Positions 19,850 through 32,153 of a stretch of 32,153 nt of DNA are shown one piece after another. The notes below the pieces were generated by a model, which was given only the letters and a program-made list of their open reading frames with translations, made no database searches and was not told the origin of the DNA. The DNA is from Octopus bimaculoides. Lineage: Eukaryota. Positions within the stretch are counted from its first letter, which is position 1. Every line of letters starts with the position of its first letter. The DNA lies in contig NC_068981.1 in assembly GCF_001194135.2 (NCBI RefSeq), forward strand, positions 91,757,680 to 91,789,832, written 5' to 3'. Position numbers and translations under genes: made by a program.

Positions 19850-20330
19850 ACTTGAAGAGTATTTGATGGGAAGTCTATATCACGAATGGAGAGGTTCTGC
19901 TCCCAGCCGGACTGCCCAGTATGGAAGCTACTACGAGAAGACACCGCCTCCGCCTGTGGGTACACATCATACGTATGCCTCAATCGCGCCTCTCTAATCA
20001 ACTGGCCTTTGCGGAGCTGGCCTCAGGAACCAAACCACGTGGAGGTCTCAAATCCGTTTCCGAGACAAGCACAATTCTACTCTCCTCCGCTGCTTCTTTG
20101 ACCCAAATACGAAGGAGACAATCGCCAAGGACTAATCAAAGTGGCGGCATATCTTCGTCAAGAGAACAGAATTGATGGAAAATAACATACCTGAGGAGTC
20201 AATGATCATACGTGGAAGACGCAAGGTGCGGCTCACACTTCCTCTCCCCCCGTCAAACCAGTCCTGCGATAAATGGTCCCGGCTCTTCTATTGGGTCATT
20301 GGCCCGAAAAGCCACCTCAGGTACCGGGTA
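19850..20330 (+). pseudogene. RTE-clade LINE 3' fragment (post-RT domain and C-terminal Zn-finger-like motif)
   Basis: ITNGEVLLPAGLPSMEATTRRHRLRLWVHIIRMPQSRLSNQLAFAELASGTKPRGG, then CDKWSRLFY.VIGPKSHLR. Confidence 0.85.
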
Positions 20331-20439
20331 TGCTATGCATCAATGAAGTTGAAGAGGCTGACTTACTCGCTATAGTTTGAGTACTTGAACACGAGTTAAC
20401 GCCGTCGACGATGGTATATATATTTATATATACAAATTT

Positions 20440-20610
20440 TTACTCTCTGTTTTTTTTTTCTGTGTTCCTTTCTTTTGAAGAGCGTAGGCTCGTGACGTAA
20501 AAGACTTTCTCACTTCCCGAGTGTTAAACAAATATATCTGTTTATTGTTTACACGACTGTCTTCGTCTTTTGTTTTGTTTATTTTTTTGTAAATTCCATC
20601 TATATATACA
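20440..20610 (+). mobile_element. Solo fragment homologous to the PLE pseudo-LTR at 10370-10510 (opposite orientation), with a decayed hammerhead-like motif at 20468-20503
   Basis: gaagagcgtaggctc...aaagactttctcacttcccgag...tgtcttcgtcttttgttt aligns with the reverse complement of 10370-10500. Confidence 0.75.
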
Positions 20611-23475
20611 TATATATGCACGTGCATATGTGTGTGCGTGCATGGCAGACCATGCTCAGCTTCTTTCGATCGAATCCTATTCACAGACTTCTAGACAAAA
20701 TCTGGCAGATGACATTTGTGTTAACAGCAGGGTTGTGAAGCTGACTTTTAACTACATATTTACTACGACGTTAAATTTGTAGAACATTCTAAGTTATGAT
20801 CGATAATGTAGAGGTTACCTACAATAAATCCTCTTTTCAAAGACCGCATGTTGTTCACGGCTTCAGCCTAACAAACATTGCATATCAGGCTTCAGCCATT
20901 TCGAGAAAAGAAATTACACATAACAGTGAATTTAATCTTCGGTGTTTAGTTCATGTGATATTTAATAGATGTAATCGACTTGAAAAGAATGCTAGGATGC
21001 CTGATCTGTATTGTTAATTTAAAATACAACCAATACTTTCGAACATATTAAAGAGTGGTTTATATTTCAATGGAAACAAACTGCACGCACGCACGCGCAC
21101 ACATACATACACACACATACACATACACACTCACATCGCAATTAACGAAAGGAGCGAGGTGTCAGTATTACATTTTTCAATCAGTAACAGTTGTTGCAAT
21201 ATTCAATAAAATATTTGACATCAATCAATAAGGTATACACACAAATGATTAAATCTATACAATATTGAATGAAAGTTTCATAAATGATTTCCTCAAAGTT
21301 AACTAGATGATTGTTTACATACCATAAATTGTTCTACTAATCAAAAGAAAACAGAAAGTATATAGGAGACAAAGTAATATGTTATAAACAGCAGCTTCTC
21401 ACTCTATCAGAAATTCACCCATGTAGGGGGAACACAGACACAACATAAAGAAAGACAGAAAAAGAGAGGAGAGAGAGAGAGAGATTATCTTAGAACCTTG
21501 TTATTAAATCAATTGTTCATAGCTTGGTGACAATGACAGCTGGAAATGACTAATTTAAAGTTAGTGAGATAAGTAGACATGAGTAGAAGCAAAACTGCCA
21601 TTTTCTACTATTTATTTTCTTAGACTAGTGGCTTTAGTAAAAAGTATAAAGATAATACTAAAATAAGACTATGAAATAATAATGATAAAAACAATGGGTA
21701 AAAATAACTGTAGATAATATCGTTTACGAGTTCGATATGATCGTGGTCAGTGACTTATGAAACATACAAATGAACTGAATGATTTATTTGCTATTTGAGC
21801 CATTATGGAAAAGAAGAGTTTCAAAAAGTGGAGGATACATATGTTCCTCAGTAACTAAGGTAAATTTAACAGAAATAATAAGAACGTTAAATCAGAATTT
21901 AAGAAGCTTTATTGAATTGGTTGGAACAACGGATCAATAATTTATTAGGTTGGTTAATTGGTTTAGACTTGCATTTCAGGATCTCTTAATTAAACATAGA
22001 TTGCAACTACACCCATCCACCTTTAACTACAGTACGTACAAACCACTACGATGTGGAAGAACTTATATTTGTCTTGCGATGTATAATTCAATAATAATTT
22101 TCTTGGAGCTTTTTCATTGTGTAAATTAGAGATCCTTTGAGAATAGCGGTAGTAGGGTAATAGTTGCAATAAATGTCTATTTGCATTAATTCAATATACA
22201 ACGTTAGTCCATAAACCAAGTTCAACTTGTGTTCTCAATACAGATATAATTTTGTCTATAATTTTCTACTGATCTGTCTGCCATCTGACTTCAAAGGCAG
22301 ATAAATCTGACAAATGCATTACTCTAAAAACTAGGATTGTGTCTCTTCAAATTTATGTAGAGTGATTTAAGGAAAATAAGGTTCAATTCTGTCTTCTATG
22401 TTAAGATAGCCGATAAGCTTATATCTCTCCAAATGGCTATTATTTTGATTTCAAGTCAAGGTTAATTCATTATATCAATAAAGTTCCATTCTAATCACTA
22501 TTTTCTAGAAACATATCTTAAGAAGACACGAATTACCAGTTTTATCCGTTTGCATTAGAACCCGCTCCGCTGAAAAAATTATATGCGGTCCTTAACTTGT
22601 GCGTGTGTATGTCCGTGTGCATGCATGTGTGTGTGTGTGTGCAAGTGTGTAACTGATAAATGGTGACTAGCTGACTGATTTATGAAGCTACACTTTTTAT
22701 CGTTCAGAGAAAGGGTAAATAGAAAAGTAGAAATACGGAGAAAATTAGCACAAGAGATGCAGGATGAATGCACATTTTTACTTGATTACAAGTACTTCGT
22801 GAATGAAAGCTAAACATAGTGAATGAGAAAGAATCATAGTCTGTGGTTAAGAATAAAATATATGATGACTGCGAAAATTCATAGAACATTTTTTGTTGGA
22901 ACCCTATTCGATAAGCTCTGGACGTGTGGCAGCGGGAGTTGTAAACTGCAACAACTAGCTATACCTTATCTTAGTTTTCATATGTATTTATGCCGAATAA
23001 ATCATACATATATGGTTTACAATTAATTCGTTTAAAAATAATTTTGTTCATTTATAGTTATATCTGACCGTGTCGGGTCTGATATAATGAAAGTCTTTCA
23101 CAAAAATAAGGTACTAATTCTATCATTTGTGTAAATTTGTCCCTTATCACATTTACTTTTCTACTGAATAGTGTAAATGCTATTCTTTGCTTAAAAAACA
23201 TTGGATTTAGATTATCGATTAAATATACATCTAAGTCATTCTAGTATATGATATTCTAATATGCGACATTATGCTTTTATCCATATTGAAATAGGAGATT
23301 AACTAAATTGCACTTTATCCTACTCACTCCTAGTGACACAAATCTTAACGTTAACATAAACAATTTGTTGGCTCATAACGAAACGTATGTTGACAGTATT
23401 TTGGTTGAAGACGTTGATGATTTACTTTCTTAAGTTGGAATCATAGAGACCAAGTAAGCATTTATCCTCCAACAA

Positions 23476-25599
23476 CACTGGTCAACAACTTTTGAAAAGT
23501 TGTGTGCTTCTTAAATGAGATTAGTTAATTCTTATGTGTTTTCATGTCCTGAATCCAAATATCACCTTGAAAAATGCTTATTAGCTATAGGCTTAGACAT
23601 ACATGACATGTAATATGTGATTGTTGTATTATAGCGTACAATATGTGTCATTATGTTTAAAGCTCTAGTCCGTATCTGCTCTCTACCTTCTTGCTTGTCG
23701 CTTATAGAAGACTGAATAATAATCTCATGCCAATGTCCAGCAAGCATCGTGTTGCTCCATTTGCCCTGATACCGCTTGTCCAAGTTTGAAATATCTTGGT
23801 GAAACCCTTGACCATGTTTGTCACTCACTGTCCCACAGTTCGCTGGAAAACGTCTAAATGTGAGTCCAAAACGTGAATTTATCATGACATGTTACATCCC
23901 ATGTCCTTGATGAGGTTTTCCACCAATGTTTTAAAAAGCTCTCGAATCTGAAGAGCAATGAAGATTCCCTCTTTTATCTTAAAGTCGATTAGTGGGGAGG
24001 GGGTAATTTTGATGTTAAATACTTGAATTCTTGACCGGATTTGTCCCTAGCTTTTACAAAGTTTTATGTGTAGTGGTGGAAGCAAAATTCGGTTTGGTTC
24101 AGTAAAAGGTAGATGTTGAACGTATTTCATCTCAGGCTTCAATGAATGATGAGGTAGTCAGTCTCTCCTGATACAGTGGGAACCTCTTGTACGGCTCTCC
24201 CTTTCACACAGAAAGCAGCAGTACTTGGTGTATCCACCCTGCTAGCCCATCACAAAAGCAACAGGCTGTAAGGCATCACAGAGCTGCCACTGATGTTCAC
24301 TATATTTTATGCATTGCAGCATAAGCTTTAGATTCTCAGAAGTTTCTTTCATATGTGATGCATAGCCCACAGGAACTGAACGCTTACCATTGCTATTATG
24401 CAACAAAACACCTTTCAGACAAGTTTTTTCATGAATCTATGAACAGCCTTCAATGGCTGGGTTGTATTCAATATCAAGTGCTTCAATGAAACCATTAATA
24501 TTTTTGCATGCCAATAAATCCTCTTCCGTTATGGAGAAATTGCTGAACTGTTGTTGATGGTCATGAAATTTTGAAATCATCACATCAGCCATTCATTAGT
24601 AGATTCCACTGTTGAAGACGAGAGCCTAATAGCTCTGCCTTATTCTCAGGTAGTTGTAGATCCTTGACAAGGTCATGGAGTTCCCCTTGTGTTATGAGAT
24701 ATGGTCTAGGGGAGTGTGTTTCATCAAAATTACTCTGTAATCCAGCACTGTCATTCTTCTCTGCTTTCTCCTCACCACTTTCTTCGTCTGACTCGAACAA
24801 TATCGAAGTTGGTGCATCAGGAACAGATAGACCTCCAAGTGGAACTGGGCGAATAGCTAATGGAATGTGTGGATATTCAATTGACCCTTTTTACCTTCTT
24901 TGACAAGCCCTTTTTTTTTTACTGGAGGCACTATGCAGAAATAAGAATCATTGGTATGGTCTGTTGGCTCCCGCCACATCTCCCTGTTCAACCATTGGTG
25001 AAGGCTAGTAGCACTAATGTTGCAGCTCGTGCTAATCTTGCATCCAAAATATGGTGATATACCTATCTAACCATAGCCTTTATACGGTGTTTCTGCGATG
25101 CAAATGTCACCTCACCACAAATGTAGCAGAGTTTGTCTGCCTTATTCACACAAGTGCGAGGCATTTTAAAGAAATAAAAAAACAGCAATCAATTAGCAGA
25201 TAAACAGAAATTATCATGAATTTATTATAAATTATCATGAATTTATCATTAGCAGAAATGTTTATATCATTCAGTAGAAAAATAAAATTAATATAAAATG
25301 CCTCACATGCATATCAACAGCTTGCTTAATGAATATTTATTATAAGTTTAAAAAGTGTTTGACGGGGAAAATCACCTACCTTTCACTTCAGTATATATAT
25401 TTACACAGCATAACCGCTTCCTATGACTGCTGGAAGAATACTGAAGGGCAGTGGGACTGTGAAACATACAGCCGCAAGCCTGTTGTGACACGTACGTGTA
25501 TCTTAAAACAGTTTTAACCATGATATCCATTATCAGCGACCTAAAACTAGTTGGAAATTACTACTCTGGTCTCAGAATAGTTTTGATTGTTGACCAGTG
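23476..25599 (-). mobile_element. Chapaev3 (CMC superfamily) DNA transposon, 2124 bp, both TIRs present, transposase decayed
   Basis: Perfect 13-bp TIRs CACTGGTCAACAA (23476-23488 / 25587-25599), flanks caa/taa (TWA-like TSD). Minus-strand remnants: MPRTCVNKADKLCYICGE, YPHIPLAIRPVP, ELHDLVKDLQLPENKAELLGSRLQQWNLL, GGYTKYCCFLC, VSDKHGQGFHQDISNLDKRYQGKW. Confidence 0.88.
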
Positions 25600-25634
25600 T
25601 AATCAATGAAATGCCTCTAAATATTGGACTAGAC

Positions 25635-25971
25635 CAGTGGTTCTCAACTGGGGTCTATATAGCCCCTGAGGTTCCATATAAGATTTTTGGGTGTCCACGC
25701 AATAAAATATTAAACTGGGTATCCACAGTTAGAAGGGCCCCTGAGAAAACTTTGCTTCACATGTATATATTGCAAGAAACAGCTAGATATCTTTCTCTAA
25801 TGTTCAACCTACACACTTAATGTGTGGAAAACAAAATAGGAATGTTTGAAAGAGGTTTTAGTAACACTAGTTTTTAAGCTAGTGTTTTAAACGAATAACT
25901 ATGTGGTTCCACCTAAATAAAACAGTAATCAAAGGTATCTATAAATGACAAAAAGTAGTTGAGAACTCCTA
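25635..25971. mobile_element. hAT (Charlie-like) MITE, 337 bp
   Basis: TIRs cagtggttctcaact / agttgagaactccta. 8-bp TSD gactagac (25627-25634) / gattagac (25972-25979). Confidence 0.85.
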
Positions 25972-26094
25972 GATTAGACGAAAGCTTCCGATGTCATAGT
26001 ATAGTCTTCCTATACTGGGTTTTTACATTTTATATTGTTCCTATTTCTACTGATGTCGACTCGATATTGTTCGCTTAATCAATCTTTTATACTA

Positions 26095-26299
26095 TATGCA
26101 CAAGGCCTCAAATTTTGGGGACGTGGAGGATAGTCGATTATATCAACCCCAGTACAAAACCGGTATTTATTTTATCGACCCCGAAATGATTAAAGGTAAA
26201 GTCGGCCTCAGTAGAATTTGAACTCAGGCCGTAAAGATCGACGAAATGCCGCTAAGGATTTTCCCCGGCGAGATAACGATCCTACCAGCTCGTCGCCTT
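26095..26299 (-). mobile_element. tRNA-derived SINE (second family)
   Basis: The minus strand reads aaggcgacgagcTGGTAGGATCGtta...ctgaGTTCAAATTCtactgaggccgactttaccttt...ggggtcgataaaataaatacc, with A/B-box-like elements. Confidence 0.75.
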
Positions 26300-27070
26300 G
26301 TTGTTTGCTTGAATAATAAACAAAAAAAGCTTCAAAAATATGTACAAGACTTTAGATTTAGAAACAAGTTAGTCACAGCCTTGAAGGAATGAAAGGCAAA
26401 CTAAACTAAGTACCTAAAAACATTTTTTCGACACTCTAATCTTTGTACCTGCTCACTAATCTTACAATAATATATCAATGTAATACACCCGGGAAATATA
26501 TCTGCATCTCTCCTTTAAAAAATATGCTTTTACATGTAGAAATTATTAGTTTAGAGGAGGGAATCTTAAAATTTCTGTCAATCATAACCTTGAAATAATT
26601 TATGAAATCCTAGGTACCTGCGAATTCTTTTTCAGAAATTTATTAGATGAAATAAAATCATCTTACACTAACCAGCATTGTGACATATGAGTGTCTAACA
26701 TATGAATCTTTTATAGAAACGCATTAGATGTATATTTGATAATAGTGCCTTCCACTCTACGAAATAAACATGCAATATGACCAAGAAATCCGAATCTTTT
26801 TATATAAAAGTCTTTTGTAGATCACTCTAAGACTAGAGTCTACTTAGTTAAAAAAAACACAGCAATACGAGCGTGTAAAGTAAACTAAGTTTTATCATCT
26901 CAAATAAATGATTTATTTCCAGTTACTAGAGTAAAGAACACACACACTCACACACACACACACATAAACACACAAACACACGCGCGCGCGCACACACACA
27001 CTCACTCACACAAGCACACTCTCTTTCTCTCTGTATCTGTTTGTCTGTGTCTCTCTCTCTTTCTCTCTCC

Positions 27071-27111
<41 letters not shown>

Positions 27112-27243
27112 CCTCTCTCCAGAAGTTACACCCTTTAATAATTGTATATGATTGAATTTTATTTAACACTAACGAGTATGGCAAAATCATACTAACTGCA
27201 ATCTACTACCTGACAATTAAATTTTGATTAGTAAGTTTTATTT

Positions 27244-27370
27244 GTAGCTGTGTGGAAAGACGTTTGCCTCCCCAGCACATGGTTCCGGATTCAGACCCAC
27301 TCCGGTGTATCTTGAGAAAGTGTCTTCTACTATAGGCTTGGGCCGACCGACACATTATGGATGGGTTTCG
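27244..27370 (+). mobile_element. Truncated SINE copy related to 18677-19087
   Basis: gtagctgtgtggaaag...acatggttccggattcagacccac...aagtgtcttctactataggcttgggccgacc. Confidence 0.7.
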
Positions 27371-27472
27371 CCATATCAAAAATGCAAATCGGTGACCGAT
27401 GCTCGCTTTGTTTATGATATATTGCCGACTGGGCCGACTCTGGCTATCTCTCTGGAGACCAGGTGATGGCGA

Positions 27473-27505
27473 ATGAAGATGAGCCAACCAACTCGAAACT
27501 GAGTC
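27473..27505 (+). ncRNA. Decayed hammerhead-like motif
   Basis: AUGAAGA-U-GAG[ccaaccaa]CUC-GAAA-C-UGA-GUC. C3 is replaced by A and no stem I pairing is seen. Confidence 0.35.
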
Positions 27506-27902
27506 AGTGTGGCTGGTGATTCTTTGGTGTCCTAGAGAATACTAGGGGTTCGTTCCCCTCCTAGCAATATATGTGCATGTACAGGGTGCTGCACTGCAGT
27601 GATAACCAGCCGGTGGAAGACCTGTCTGGGGTTAAACTAGAAGTAACATGGAACAACTACTTTGATGTGGCGATTATCTTATTGTATGTGTATATATATA
27701 TATATATATATACTTTAACGAGTAAAATAGTCAAAAGGAAGAGTAAGTACGGTTAGACAGCTTCTTAATGATCACTACAAATCTTTCGATACATATAGAT
27801 CTACGTATATATAGAGGATTTAAATTAAAACTTAAAATTGAAATTAAGTTAAATTAAACTAAATTAGGTAACGATTTACCTATATAATAAGATCCATAAA
27901 GA

Positions 27903-29389
27903 TCCATATATATATATAACGAAATAATAAAGAGTCACTTGAATAAGGCACTTCAGATGAGACACCAAGTCAGTCCGGTATTACCCGTACAGTTCGATGT
28001 AAGATGAATTAAAAGTAATACGGCCAGTGTTTGTGTGTGCGTGCGTGTTTGCGTGCATGCGTGCAGCATTCTACAATCGCCAGAAAAAAGCAAAGGAATT
28101 TTCTTTCTTGATGCTCCCAGTGGCATAGGTGAAACATTTGTAACATTGCTTCTCTCCAAGTTAAGGTAACAAAAAAGAACTGCAGTTGCTGTACCATTGC
28201 TGCACCATTGTCTGGCTTTGCTGCTACCGTTCTCGCAGGAGGACGAACAGCTCATTCTGCTTTAAATTAACACTAAATCTGGTCACAAATGGCAGTCCAA
28301 TTTGTAACATAAGCAAAGATTCAGGTTCAGCACCTTATCATTTAGGATGAATGCACTATGTCATATAGAGGTACAATAGAAGCTCTTAGTAAGGCCTTAT
28401 AGGGCATCAGAGGCAGCAATAAATCTATGGGAGGAGTTGCATGAGATTTATCAGGATACTTCAGACAGACATTACCAATCATTCCGAGATGAACAAGATC
28501 TGATGAAATAAACGCATGCATTGAGTCTTCACACCTACGGAAAAAAGTACTGAAATTCTCCTTCAATAGTAACGTGCGAGATTTATCACATGGGGACCAA
28601 TGTGCAAAACAGTTTCAACCTGGCTCATCTAATTAGGAAATGGGAAAGTACCATTTGATGTGAATGGTGATATCAGTTTGGCCCATATTGCTATCATGGT
28701 AAATTGAAGAACAGGGTATTTCCAGACTTAAGTAATAATAATTCACATAAATGGCTGTGTGAAAGGGCAATTCTTGCTCAAATGGTGAGACAATAGCAAG
28801 GATTAACATGAATTAATGAATAAGATTCCAACAGTCATTAAGAAGTATAAATCAGTTGAATCAATCTTTATGAAAATCAATCTGTCCATTACCCAAACGA
28901 GTTCCTTAATTCTCTTGAGCCATCTGGAATTCATCCACATAAACATGTTTTGAAGGTAGGAGTCCCAATAATGCTTCTAAAAATTTTAGATCCTCTTAAA
29001 TTATGCAATGGGACAAGGTGGATTGTCAAGACATCATCACCGAATGTAACAGAAGCTACCATTTGCATTTGATGTGACTCTGGGGAAGAGGTTAGGTTTT
29101 TATTCCAAGAATTCCGATCAAACCAACCATTTGCCATTTAAGGTACAATTCCCAGTGCGACTTTGCTTTGCAATGTCTAGTCTTTGGAATTTATTGGCTT
29201 GCTTTTCTCATGGTCAATTTTATGTTGGTTGCTCCAGGGTAGGTAGTTTGCAAGACTTATTTGTCTATGCTGCAAACCAGAAAACAAAGAATGTTGTTTA
29301 TCCAAAAGCACTTACGTAGTTTCCATCAACATACGTGGTAGAATTTATCTCCTTTCATAAAAGTGGTAAATTTTGTATTTTCGTTTATG

Positions 29390-29449
<60 letters not shown>

Positions 29450-29617
29450 TTGTATTATGAATTCAAAATTGATTTCCCATTTAATGAATAAGTTATATCG
29501 CAATTGAAGAATAAATTGAATTTAGAATTACAATTTTCTATTCAACATATTTAGCTTTTTTCTTCCAATATATAAGGGAAAATTTCATTTCAGAGCAACA
29601 CCGGGTGCTTCTGCTAG
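27903..29617 (+). mobile_element. Helitron remnant with decayed PIF1-family helicase (about 28101-29319)
   Basis: FFLDAPSGIGETF, GGRTAHS, DECTMS, GYFRQTLP, LCNGTR, QFPVRLCFAMS, HGQFYVGCSRV, TKNVVYPKAL*. The 3' end is a decayed GC hairpin, then CTAG (29614-29617) and T. The 5' TC start is uncertain (27903 or 27800). Confidence 0.88.
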
Positions 29618-31118
29618 TATATATATATATGAATTTGATAAAAGTGTATATTTGATTAAATTAATTTATTTCACGATTTCGACAGAAGCAAAGCTAAATT
29701 TGACTACAGGGTTAAGAGCCATTACGTAATAAAATTATTTTCGTCTGACTCGACTCAGTAATGATTGTGCCAAGCTACCAATTATTCTTTAATGTATGCA
29801 ACAATTTTGTTATTATGTAAAGTTGCGTTGAAATGTTTCTCTCTATTTGGGCAATAAATTATCTAATTCACCTTCGTTAAGTACAAAAGCAGTAAGGTTC
29901 TGCTGCTGCTTTTGTGAGTTAATAAAGAAAGTGCCCAATCACGCATATGCATAATTAATCACCGAATACATGCAGTTTCAATATGAATTTTTGTCGGAAA
30001 ATAAACGAACGGATTAAAACACAATCACATTTTCAAAAGAAGAAACCTTGTGAAGTGTCCTTGAAGATAAACTCATATCTTCGAAATTGTTTTAGCATGT
30101 TACTATGAAAGATGAAACAACAATTTTAGTATTTTAGATAGAAAACCGTAGTAATTAATGACTCCAGATATGATACAAGCTCTCATGTCTAAAACGGGTA
30201 TTACCAATTTAATAAACTTCAGTTTGATTAATTTAATGGATTTACCAACACCAGAAAAAACTAATGGTTTAGATGAAGTCGGTAGGATCGAAAAAGGAAG
30301 CATAGCGAGACATACCATGCACCACAAAATATTTTGCGCGATGAACTACGATTCTGCTTAGCTGCTATAACATTTATATATTTAATTTTCCTATGTTAGA
30401 AGCAATAACTATTATTATACTATGTATTTAATTCTAATGATACTCAGCTTCTCATAATAAGCATAATCTTATAGTAACTTTTTATTATAATTTAAATGGC
30501 TTTCTTTTCATCAAGATACCATTATATGAAAATGTATTTATCTTTCGAAATATTTTGTCCCCTTCCAACAAAAGCTATCAACATATTTTATCGATTTAGT
30601 CATCTAACATGTATTAAAAAATGATACCTTGCATTTATTTCCTTATCAATATATTATTTCTCATTATTTGCATAAATAACAATGTTATAAGGACAATTCT
30701 AAAAATCAAAAAATATTGCATAAATTGCTTTGAAATTAATTGAAAATTGTCTAAAAAGTTAACATCGTAGCAAATAGGCACGTGGTCGAATTCCGTAGCA
30801 AACCAGCTCATACGGGAAAGGTGCATGATTTTTGCGAGTAATTGCATGGATGGAAACAGTATTAAACAACGTCACAGAGAGTACCACAAGGATCTGAAGG
30901 ATACGGTCAGATCACACATTACTATTACGCTGCTTCTGCATGAGGATTTCGTCAAAGATACACACATTTTAAGAATGCTTACCTGCTTGAACGCAAATAC
31001 AATAATAATCACGTAATCCAGTTGATCAAAACTATCAAACCTCAACAGGCGCATACATATGCACACACACACATACATCTGCATCCTACGTATGTAGAAT
31101 AAATATATACACCGCCAC

Positions 31119-31216
31119 CAACATGGTTCCTGGTGTAGCCCCATTGCAAGACACCTTGGGCGAGTGTCTTCTATATACTCCTTGTGAGTGGATTTGGTAG
31201 GCAGAAAATGAAAGCC
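31119..31216 (+). mobile_element. Truncated SINE copy related to 18677-19087
   Basis: acatggttcctgg...gacaccttgggcgagtgtcttcta...ccttgtgagtggatttggtaggcagaaaatgaaagcc. Confidence 0.7.
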
Positions 31217-31231
31217 AATAGTATATATATA

Positions 31232-32153
31232 TTAGGTTGTCAAGAAGGTTCATGCGGTTTTTACCCTTTACATTCAGATGCATAAATCTCGGCTCAAACA
31301 AAACTTTATTAATTGAAATAAACACCATCAAAATCAACACACTTTCGCCAACGCAAAACAAGTCTATTTATGCCAGTAGCGTAAAACTCCTGCGTTCTGG
31401 TGGCAATGAAGTCCTTGAAGGCGTGTTTGACATCGTCTTGGTTTTGAAGCATTTCTCACGCAGGACGTTGTCGAGATGCTTGCAAAAGTGCTAGTCTGTA
31501 GGCGAGAGGTCTAGTGATTATGGCAGATGAGGCAGAGTTTTGTAGCCCAATTCATTCAACTTCTGCAGGGTAAGTTGTGCGACCTGCTGCCGAGTGGTGT
31601 CGTGGAGAAGAGTTGGTCTTTTCTATTGACCAATGCTAGCTGTTGTTGTCGGAGTCTCATATGCATTTCATCCATTTGTTGACAGTACTTCTCCGCAATT
31701 TCGCCTGGATCCAAAAAGCTGTGATGGATGAGACCGGCCGCAGACCACCTAACAGTCATCATGACCTTCTTTCGGTGTAACTTTGGCTTCGGGAAGTGTC
31801 GCGGAGATTCGTCGGCGTCTAACCACTGAGCTGAGCGTCGCCAGTTGTCGTAAAGAATCCACTTTTCATCGCAAGTCACAATCCGGTCGAGAAACGGGTC
31901 TTTCTTGTTGCGTAAAAGAAGGGAAGACGACACTTCAAAACGGCGTTTTTTTTTTGTCGTTCAATTCGTGCGGCACCAATTTCTCAAGTAATTTTGTTTT
32001 TCCAGTCTCTTTCAAGTACTTGGAAATTGTTTATACGTCACGTCTAATTCAGAAGCATGCTCTCGAACTGATGTGCGTGGAGTAGCTTCCAGTAAGGCTC
32101 TTAGTTGATCGTTGTCAACATCCGATGGCTGACCCATTACGCTTATCATCTTC
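31232..32153 (-). mobile_element. Mariner (D,D34D; Hsmar1/cecropia-like) transposon, decayed, running off the window
   Basis: TA followed by TIR ttaggttgtcaagaaggttcatgcggtttt. The minus strand gives [39 protein letters not shown], and YFN* (stop 31309-31311). Confidence 0.92.

Noticed and set aside
416-19866. Many ORFs rich in VCVC, YIYI, HTHT or X runs
   Set aside because: They are translations of microsatellites and N gaps.
26811-26840. Acceptor followed by RSL as the TM2 exon of the GPCR
   Set aside because: The frame hits a stop right after R-S-L. No xCxRxxIH motif was found in any candidate acceptor I checked in 18218-32153.

Overview
AT-rich eukaryotic genomic DNA, dense in microsatellites, with six N gaps. 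The repeat landscape looks like octopus (inferred from recalled cephalopod SINE-like repeats, not verified). The only host gene I can support is a + strand class B1 (secretin-family) GPCR. Three phase-compatible internal exons (1273-1380, 5191-5288, 18090-18217) encode the hormone-binding ectodomain and TM1; the flanking exons appear to lie outside the window. Everything else is intronic and packed with decayed mobile elements: two Penelope-like elements (PLEs), several RLE-type non-LTR fragments, an RTE LINE 3' end, tRNA-derived SINEs, two hAT MITEs, a TIR-complete Chapaev3 transposon, a Helitron helicase remnant and an Hsmar1-like mariner. The most interesting unannotated signals are five hammerhead-ribozyme-like motifs, a three-layer nested insertion, long intronic inverted repeats and a candidate 30-nt cassette micro-exon. 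The best hammerhead has an intact core and sits in a 572-bp unit with a partial tandem repeat and an inverted tail. Most ORFs in the supplied track are microsatellite or antisense artefacts. All calls are by eye; no searches or folding were run.
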